From positions 669,190 through 733,189 of the forward strand of contig CP070748.1 of assembly GCA_020348345.1 (NCBI GenBank): a DNA stretch of 64,000 nt. The letters are read 5' to 3'. Positions 57,637-64,000 of the stretch are shown piece by piece. The notes below the pieces were generated by a model that saw nothing but the letters and a program-made list of their open reading frames with translations, did not search any database and was not told the origin of the DNA. Numbering within the stretch: position 1 is the first letter of the stretch; each line of letters starts with the position of its first letter. The stretch comes from Methanobacteriota archaeon. GTDB taxonomy: Archaea > Thermoplasmatota > Thermoplasmata > UBA10834. The position numbers and the translations under genes are program-made.

Positions 57637-59100
57637 TCATTCCCGACTGTCCAGTTCATATCTCCTCAGCACGATCGGAATCTTCTCGATCACATCGGTG
57701 GCCACGAGGCCATAGCTCTTTTCCTCAAAGGCCAGGTCCCCGGCGAGTCCCATTGCGAACGCTCCAATCCTAGCAGCGTGGAACGGCTGCGCCCCCTGGG
57801 CTATGAGGCTGGCCACGAGCCCCGTGAGCACATCACCAGTGCCTCCGACTGCAAGGGCATTGTTTCCAGTCCTGTTGAGCTTGATGTAGGTCCCATCGCT
57901 TATCACATCGACCTGTCCTTTGAGCAGTATGGTCGCGCGCAGCTTGGTCGCTCCCTCTTTGACGCGCTCCCCTCTCTTCAAAGGATCATCTGTGCCGAGG
58001 GCCTTTCCGGTCAATCTTCTGAACTCCCCCGCGTGAGGGGTGATTACGGCCGATTTCTTTCTCAGTATCTGAGGCTGCGCACCGCAGGCGTGTATGGCGT
58101 CCGCATCGATGACCATCGGTTTCGCGCACCGTTGGACGAAGCGCTGGACTCCTCGGATCGTCTCCGATGCGGAGCCGAGTCCCGGACCTATCGCGACGAC
58201 ATCGACGCTTCTCGAGAGCGTGAGCAGCTCAGTGACGTGGTCCTCCGAGAGCCTCTCGCCTTCGAGCGAGCGCACAATCAGGCTCGGCGAGTAGACCGCC
58301 ACCGGGAGAGCGGCGGGCTCTGGCGTGGCGACGAATGCGAGGTCGGCGCCTGCTCTCATGGCGGCCATTCCAGCGAACGCAGGCGCTCCAGTGTACGGCC
58401 CTCCCCCAATGACGAGGACCCTGCCAGCATCGCCCTTGCGGGCGTCAGGCTTCCTCGCAGGCAGCAGCGAGAAATCCCCTGGTCCGCAATACTTCTCGGC
58501 CTCATCGGGAATGCCTATGTCCGCAACCACGATCCTGCCGGAGTTCTTCCTGTTCATGCCCTTCTTCGGCGCGTGAAACGTCACGGTGGCGTCTGCTCTC
58601 ACGCTCAGGTCAGAAGGCCATCCTGAAGGTACATCGACGCTGACAACGCGTTTTCTGCTCCTATTGAGGTTCCTTATTGTTTTCGCGTACGGCTCCCTGG
58701 GCCTCCCCCTGAGCCCTATGCCGAGCATCGCATCGACAACGACGTCATGCTCCTTGGCACTGAAGGCGACGATGTTCTTGGATAATCCCCTGACCTTGCT
58801 GAGATTCTCCATCGTCAGATCGGACATCGATTCGGATGGTTCCTCGAGCGTGAACACGGTGACGCGCTTGTCGTTGGAAAGATACCGGGCAGCGACGAAG
58901 CCGTCCCCTCCGTTATTACCTCGTCCACAGAGCACCCCCACGCTGTCCGCGGCCGGATATCCGTCAAGGACGTGCCTAGCAACGACAGCGCCCGCGTTCT
59001 CCATGAGCTCGATTGTGCGTACGCCAAGGTGGCGCGCGTTCAGGTCGAGGACCTTCACTTCCTCCGGCGGAATGGCACTCCTTACCACGCTGATTCGCAT
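57637..59100 (-). CDS. nnr: bifunctional NAD(P)H-hydrate repair enzyme (epimerase/dehydratase, YjeF)
   Basis: N-terminal YjeF_N (GRGNNGGDGFVAARYL) plus a C-terminal carbohydrate-kinase-like domain (GPGLG, GTGDVLTG). Confidence 0.9.
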   Translation of the reverse strand: MRISVVRSAIPPEEVKVLDLNARHLGVRTIELMENAGAVVARHVLDGYPAADSVGVLCGRGNNGGDGFVAARYLSNDKRVTVFTLEEPSESMSDLTMENLSKVRGLSKNIVAFSAKEHDVVVDAMLGIGLRGRPREPYAKTIRNLNRSRKRVVSVDVPSGWPSDLSVRADATVTFHAPKKGMNRKNSGRIVVADIGIPDEAEKYCGPGDFSLLPARKPDARKGDAGRVLVIGGGPYTGAPAFAGMAAMRAGADLAFVATPEPAALPVAVYSPSLIVRSLEGERLSEDHVTELLTLSRSVDVVAIGPGLGSASETIRGVQRFVQRCAKPMVIDADAIHACGAQPQILRKKSAVITPHAGEFRRLTGKALGTDDPLKRGERVKEGATKLRATILLKGQVDVISDGTYIKLNRTGNNALAVGGTGDVLTGLVASLIAQGAQPFHAARIGAFAMGLAGDLAFEEKSYGLVATDVIEKIPIVLRRYELDSRE

Positions 59101-59229
59101 GGCCTGTTAGTGTATTAAACCTGCCGAACCAGGAGGTGTATTGCGCACTGGCAAATGGCTTCAGAGAGAGCCTGCTCAGAAAAGAACTAAATACGAAGAC
59201 TACGTAGTCCTCAAAGCTCGGTAGGGAAT

Positions 59230-59526
59230 GTGCAATTGACAGAGATCAAGAGACTCGTGCTCGATGTGCTTAAACCCCATCATCCGACCATAATCGAGAT
59301 GTCCAGGCGAATAAGTGTTCTTAAGGGCGTTGTGGGAGTCAACTGCACGCTCGAAGAGGTCGACCGTGAGACGGAGAGCGTCAAGATAACGATCGAAGGC
59401 AATTCGATAGACTTCGAGAGCATCGAGGAGACGATCTCCGACTGCGGCGCCGTGATACACTCGGTGGACAGTGTCTCCGCGGGAAAGCAGCTGGTCGAGG
59501 AAGTCGAGACCCCTCAGGACCGTTGA
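59230..59526 (+). CDS. DUF211-family protein
   Basis: [14 protein letters not shown]...[28 protein letters not shown]...[11 protein letters not shown] start; an alternative TTG lies at 59236. Confidence 0.65.
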   Translation: MQLTEIKRLVLDVLKPHHPTIIEMSRRISVLKGVVGVNCTLEEVDRETESVKITIEGNSIDFESIEETISDCGAVIHSVDSVSAGKQLVEEVETPQDR

Positions 59527-59681
59527 GCACACCATTGAGGTTTCGAGGCTTCGCTGCATGAGCTTGAGCGCGATGGAATTAGGCTCAGGCGACCCTGCGT
59601 TTGGGATACATTCATGAACGAGTAAGGGATTTTACAGGCCGACACAACCGGGCCCCCCGATTCGTGGCCTATGGATTCGTG

Positions 59682-60686
59682 ATGATGATGGAAGAAGAGG
59701 CCGTGTCGCCCGACTTCGCAGAGGAGATACTAGGGAGATTGAAAGGGGAGATTGGCGAAATCATCGTTGGCTACGAGGAGCAGGTGGACGACTTCATAAC
59801 ATGCCTTCTCATCGATGGCCACTTGCTCGTACAGGGCGTCCCTGGCGTGGCGAAAACGACTCTATCGAAAGCTCTCACCGATGCGTCGGGCTTGAGCTTC
59901 AACCGAATTCAGTTCGCCCAGGATCTTCTGCCTTCCGACATAACGGGACATTACTTCTACAATCAGAAATTGGGGGACTTCGAAATGAGGAAAGGCCCCG
60001 TCTTTGCCAGCGTGGTCCTCGAAGACGAGGTCAACCGCGCCCCCCCCAAGACGCAGTCAGCACTGCTCGAGGCAATGCAGGAGAGACGTGTCACCGTCGA
60101 AGGGACGACATTCGAGCTACCAGATCCATTCATCGTAGTGGCGACCATCAATCCGATTGAGACTGAAGGCGTCTATCCGCTCCCAGAGGCTCAGATGGAC
60201 CGGTTTCTCATCAGAAGCACCATGGACTACCTCGATCTGGAATCGGAATTGGAGATGCTGAGGCTGAAGGGGAGAGTTCAGGGCAGACCGAAGGTTGTGC
60301 TCAAACAAGGAGATATTCACAGGATGAGGGCCGGCGTGCTGGAGATGCATATGGACGATAGCATCGTCGAGTACGTCCGTGATCTGATGAGAGCGATTCG
60401 AGACGCAGAGCCTCTGGAGCTGGGACTGAGCCCGAGAGGGGGCATACACCTCATGCTGGCCGCGAGGGCTCATGCCTACCTGTCCGGCAGGAGCTATGTC
60501 ATCCCTGACGACGTCAAAAGCATGGCACACAAGGTGGTCGACCACCGCATCATCCTGACGCCCGAAGCGGATCTGGAGGGACATACTCCAGGCAGCGTCA
60601 CCGAGGCGGTCTTGTCCGAGGTGCCGATACCAAAGGGCGACTTCGGAGAGGAGAGCCCTTCGCGTTTCGAGCGGAAGAGTGAATGA
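59682..60686 (+). CDS. MoxR-family AAA+ ATPase
   Basis: Walker A GVPGVAKT and Walker B VVLEDEVNRA. Trimmed to the MMMEEE start. Confidence 0.9.
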   Translation: MMMEEEAVSPDFAEEILGRLKGEIGEIIVGYEEQVDDFITCLLIDGHLLVQGVPGVAKTTLSKALTDASGLSFNRIQFAQDLLPSDITGHYFYNQKLGDFEMRKGPVFASVVLEDEVNRAPPKTQSALLEAMQERRVTVEGTTFELPDPFIVVATINPIETEGVYPLPEAQMDRFLIRSTMDYLDLESELEMLRLKGRVQGRPKVVLKQGDIHRMRAGVLEMHMDDSIVEYVRDLMRAIRDAEPLELGLSPRGGIHLMLAARAHAYLSGRSYVIPDDVKSMAHKVVDHRIILTPEADLEGHTPGSVTEAVLSEVPIPKGDFGEESPSRFERKSE

Positions 60687-62131
60687 ATTTGGAGTCTTCC
60701 TCCCTCGGCAGGGCAATGCTGATCTTCTGCGCGATCTTAGTGCTGGCTGCCTACCTCTTCATGAATCTCTCATGGATCGTGGTCTGTTCAGGACTCGTGG
60801 TGTTCTTCGTGTATTCCAGACGCAGGTTCCTATCCGAGGTGAGCGGCTCGCAGATCAGAATCGACCGCAAGATTCTGGACGAGCTGACGTTCGCAAGAGA
60901 GCCTGTGGCCGTTAGAATGAAGATTACGAATCTGAGCCCCACCGCAGTGGATGCGCATTTCGAGGACATCATTCCGGATGACTGCGCGGTAGTTCAGGGG
61001 AGCAATAGAGTGACTGCGCGGATCCCCGCCCGTTCAGCATGGTCGTTCACTTATTCTATCGCCCCGGAGCGCAGGGGACGCCACACAATCGGCGGCGTGA
61101 GGATGGCGCAATCAGACGTATTTGGTTTGCACGTTCACAGGCGTGAGATGCCGCTGAAAACAACGGTCGTTGCGCACACCAGACGGGAGAGCCTCAGCAC
61201 TGCGAGGGATGTAGCCAGGAAGGAGCATTTTGAGTACGCTGGCATGACCAGGATGCCCACGGCCGTCCTGAGGGAATTTGAACACGCCTGGGTTCGGGAT
61301 TACGTGCCTGGAGATAAGGCGCGAGACATCCACTGGAAAGCTTTCTCGAAACTCGGCAAGTTGATGACAAAAACCTACGTGAAGGAGGGAACGCTCGAAA
61401 CGATTGTGATGGTGGACTGCAGTAGGAGCATGCGTCTCGCAACTTACCAGGTGGCGAAGATCGACCACGCGACCGACCTGGCAATACAGCTATCTCGAGT
61501 CTTGCTCAGTAACTATCATCGCACAGGCGTGGTCGCATTTGACGAAACCTCTGTAATCTCGAGCATCGAATCGTCCCTTTCAAAGCATCAGTTCGAGAGG
61601 GTTCTGATGGCTCTGAGCGATATCCCCGGAGCGGTGAGGAGCTCCGATTCCCCCGCGAGCTCAGGACATTTGAAGGGAAGCCTTCTATCAGACCCATCTT
61701 TCACGAAGCCCAGCAGCGAGGGCGAAGCGTTCCTTGACGCTCTCAGAACGATCACCAACCGACAGCATTCCGGGGTGCGTGAAATCGGCCTTGCAGGTGT
61801 TGTCGGAGATATGATTGCCAGAAGACACAGGGGTGAGAGGTTGTTCGTAGTGATATCCGATCTCATCTCGTCGAAGGAATCCGTGTTGTCTGCGGCGAGA
61901 TTGTGCAGAAGAGCGGACAACCGTTTGCTAGTTATCCAGACATTTGATGATTGGTACTCGAAACCATCGTCTGCGTTGGATGTCCAAGAGGCGGAGCGAC
62001 TGTACAGTAGTATGAGCGCGTCTCTGAGTGCAGAAGCCGCACTCAGGCGCTTGGGCGCATCATTCTTGAGGGTGGGACCTGCAGATTCAACAGCGAGAAT
62101 AGTCAGGAGCATAAGGAGGGGTGTTGCATGA
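60683..62131 (+). CDS. DUF58 (vWA-like) protein, MoxR partner
   Basis: N-terminal TM hairpin and the DIHWKAFSKLGKLMTKTY motif. ATGA overlap with moxR. Confidence 0.8.
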   Translation: MNLESSSLGRAMLIFCAILVLAAYLFMNLSWIVVCSGLVVFFVYSRRRFLSEVSGSQIRIDRKILDELTFAREPVAVRMKITNLSPTAVDAHFEDIIPDDCAVVQGSNRVTARIPARSAWSFTYSIAPERRGRHTIGGVRMAQSDVFGLHVHRREMPLKTTVVAHTRRESLSTARDVARKEHFEYAGMTRMPTAVLREFEHAWVRDYVPGDKARDIHWKAFSKLGKLMTKTYVKEGTLETIVMVDCSRSMRLATYQVAKIDHATDLAIQLSRVLLSNYHRTGVVAFDETSVISSIESSLSKHQFERVLMALSDIPGAVRSSDSPASSGHLKGSLLSDPSFTKPSSEGEAFLDALRTITNRQHSGVREIGLAGVVGDMIARRHRGERLFVVISDLISSKESVLSAARLCRRADNRLLVIQTFDDWYSKPSSALDVQEAERLYSSMSASLSAEAALRRLGASFLRVGPADSTARIVRSIRRGVA

Positions 62132-62679
62132 TTCGCGCAACAATGAACCTGAAGATCATTGTGGTCATTGTCTCCGCGGCGCTGTTGCTTGCGTTCAGTA
62201 GGTTGTCTCTGTCGCTGCTGGTGCCTGAAGTCATAGGACTCGCACTCATCCTTTTCGGAATAGTGATCAGCTACCGGCCGGCGGCAGTTCTAGGGCTCTT
62301 CATCACACTATCTGTTGCGGCGCTTTCGGCCGAGATCACCACGCTGGCCGACATAGACATCTGGCAGACATCTATCCTTGGCCTGCTCGTGCCAACCTCC
62401 TTGCTGGCCTGGGCCGCCCTGCTATCCGAGCAGTCCGAAAGCTATGATATACGCCTCTGGTCCAGGCCTCTCGCACTAGCTCTCTTCATTGGTGCTGCCA
62501 TCGCAGTTGCCGTGCCCTTGGCGGTCGTGGTCATAGCCCTCGTATCTCCCTCCTCTGCCGACTCGTTGTCCACGATGGCCGAGATATCGTTGCTCTTCGT
62601 AGTGATCTCGGTGGTTGCTCTCGTTTTGACCTTGCCAGACGATGCGAAATCTTCGGACGGTGTTGGCGAATCGCCCTGA
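62128..62679 (+). CDS. polytopic membrane protein coupled to DUF58
   Basis: Five to six TM helices. ATGA overlap with the DUF58 stop. Confidence 0.55.
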   Translation: MIRATMNLKIIVVIVSAALLLAFSRLSLSLLVPEVIGLALILFGIVISYRPAAVLGLFITLSVAALSAEITTLADIDIWQTSILGLLVPTSLLAWAALLSEQSESYDIRLWSRPLALALFIGAAIAVAVPLAVVVIALVSPSSADSLSTMAEISLLFVVISVVALVLTLPDDAKSSDGVGESP

Positions 62680-62702
62680 ACGCGACGCCAACCTCCCGAA
62701 CG

Positions 62703-62710
62703 TTATATAT
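62703..62710 (+). promoter_or_regulatory. TATA box candidate (TTATATAT) giving a near-leaderless archaeosortase mRNA
   Basis: Its centre lies about 25 nt upstream of the ATG at 62731. Confidence 0.4.
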
Positions 62711-62730
62711 CTTCAGCACTGTGTGTTCCG

Positions 62731-63753
62731 ATGCAGATGCTGCGAAGTGAATGGCTCCTTCTATTCGGCTCGCTGCTTGTCACGGGCGCTCTGTACAATC
62801 ACTACATGGGGCATTCGGCTCTGCTCATCGAGATCTTAATGGTGGGCATCGGATCAGCAGTGGCAATATTGGCGTGCCTCTCCTTGCTTAAGTCGGAGGC
62901 CAGGCGTTCCGAGGGCATTCTGTACGATTTCCTGTCGAAGTACCTGAGAAGAGACCATTGCGAGTTCGTGATCCCTTTCATCGGGTTTGCGATTATTCTT
63001 CTATGGTCTGTATGGAAGATGGCCTTCCATGGAGAGACGAATCTCAGGATGGAGGACTTCATAGTCACGCTCCTTGGACTATCCCTGATACTGTATTCAT
63101 CTGGCCGGACCGCGCTGGGAGAGGTGAAGGATTTTGTCGTTCTGTATCTCATGCTGTTGACCTTGGTGTTCGTGGTCATCTGGAGGACCTATTCCCTCGC
63201 AACCGGAGAATCTCATTACAGGATCACTGCTTACTCAGAGTATTACCTGATAACTGCGCCGGTGGTTTGGCTCCTGCAGGCCTTCGGGTTCCACGTGAAT
63301 GCTGTTCTCGATCTGGATGGCATTGGACTCTCGAACATCATCGAGTATGAGCACAACGGATCGATGCTAAGGGTGGGCATTGGCGTGGGATGCAGTGGTT
63401 TGTACTCTGCAGGCCTCTTCTTCTCTGCTTTCCTTGCATTTGTGATTGCACGATATCGTCGCCTCGACAGCTACACATTGGTTGGCCTACTGGTTGGCTT
63501 TACGATGACATGGCTCTCGAACATAATCAGAATGGCAATTACAGTGTGGGCTGGGATCATGTGGGGGCATCCAGCCCTCGCGACGGTTCACTCGTACATC
63601 GGCATCATTGTGTTCGTGACGCTCATCACCGTCTTCTGGCTTATTATCATTCGATGGCTTGACAAAAAGAAGACGCCGTCAATTCCGCGTCCAGCTCCTC
63701 CCCGCGCCTGCAATGAGAAAGAGGATCGGCCAAAAGACGTGAGCATGGACTGA
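62731..63753 (+). CDS. exosortase/archaeosortase-family transpeptidase
   Basis: Polytopic protein with the family's Cys/Arg/His signature in order: GVGCSGLYS, SNIIRMAITVW, TVHSYIGI. Confidence 0.7.
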   Translation: MQMLRSEWLLLFGSLLVTGALYNHYMGHSALLIEILMVGIGSAVAILACLSLLKSEARRSEGILYDFLSKYLRRDHCEFVIPFIGFAIILLWSVWKMAFHGETNLRMEDFIVTLLGLSLILYSSGRTALGEVKDFVVLYLMLLTLVFVVIWRTYSLATGESHYRITAYSEYYLITAPVVWLLQAFGFHVNAVLDLDGIGLSNIIEYEHNGSMLRVGIGVGCSGLYSAGLFFSAFLAFVIARYRRLDSYTLVGLLVGFTMTWLSNIIRMAITVWAGIMWGHPALATVHSYIGIIVFVTLITVFWLIIIRWLDKKKTPSIPRPAPPRACNEKEDRPKDVSMD

Positions 63754-63984
63754 CTATCTGTCCTTGTCCATCAGTCTCTTCAGCTTTAGACCCGTGATCG
63801 TGATCGGGACAGAATCCGGTGTCCTGCTATCCTCCGAGACGACGTCTATCGGGGGAGGGCCGTCATTCCTTTCTCTGAAGATAGAGGAGCGGTTTATGAG
63901 GGCAAGGTTCAACTCCCGCTCTAGATCCTCGAAGCATTCGATGACCTCGTCATCTGCCTCGGTCGATTCCGAGGTCGGTATCAT
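63754..63984 (-). CDS. hypothetical acidic protein
   Basis: 76-aa ORF near the window edge. No family recognised. Confidence 0.3.
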   Translation of the reverse strand: MIPTSESTEADDEVIECFEDLERELNLALINRSSIFRERNDGPPPIDVVSEDSRTPDSVPITITGLKLKRLMDKDR

Positions 63985-64000
63985 CGGTTCAACGGCAGTC

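Noticed and set aside
1-64000. CRISPR arrays, transposases, integrases, prophage or defence islands
   Set aside because: There are no regularly spaced direct repeats, no DDE/tyrosine/serine recombinase-like ORFs and no terminal inverted repeats. The only mobile element supported is the PolB mini-intein.

Overview
This is a 64-kb chromosomal segment from an archaeon, about 55-60% GC by eye. Gene content is euryarchaeal in type (family-B polymerase, FtsZ, exosome, archaeosine and archaeosortase genes); I cannot place the lineage more precisely without a search. Coding density is high and many neighbouring genes overlap as ATGA or GTGA. Most of the window is housekeeping. (i) The ribosomal-protein superoperon runs on the minus strand from rpl3 to secY (about 25.8-40.3 kb), followed by a DUF106-like insertase candidate, cmk and cbf5; there is no adk. 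(ii) The exosome/proteasome superoperon is also on the minus strand (46.2-51.7 kb: RNase P Pop5, psmA, SBDS, rrp4/41/42, rpl37ae, rpoP, pcc1, pfdB). (iii) Two ftsZ paralogs sit head-to-head. (iv) Metabolic and transport genes fill the first 13 kb. No rRNA, tRNA, CRISPR array, transposase or integrase could be supported. The points worth a second look are listed here. A family-B DNA polymerase carries a 167-aa mini-intein in motif B and has lost its exonuclease acidic residues. It is translationally coupled to a small protein, which follows a Walker-A-less RecA/RadB-fold protein. A hairpin-rich, roughly 300-nt non-coding stretch with its own TATA box lies in the tctA/polB convergent gap. A 23-nt motif occurs three times around two small genes in a lower-GC islet. 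A 955-aa protein combines membrane, coiled-coil and KaiC-like domains with a deviant P-loop. Several ribosomal proteins carry charged low-complexity tails. A leader of about 190 nt lies upstream of rpl3. A gap of about 660 nt has no credible ORF. Many ORF-track entries are N-terminally over-extended (TTG/GTG 'M') or are antisense artefacts of GC-rich sequence. I trimmed or rejected these.
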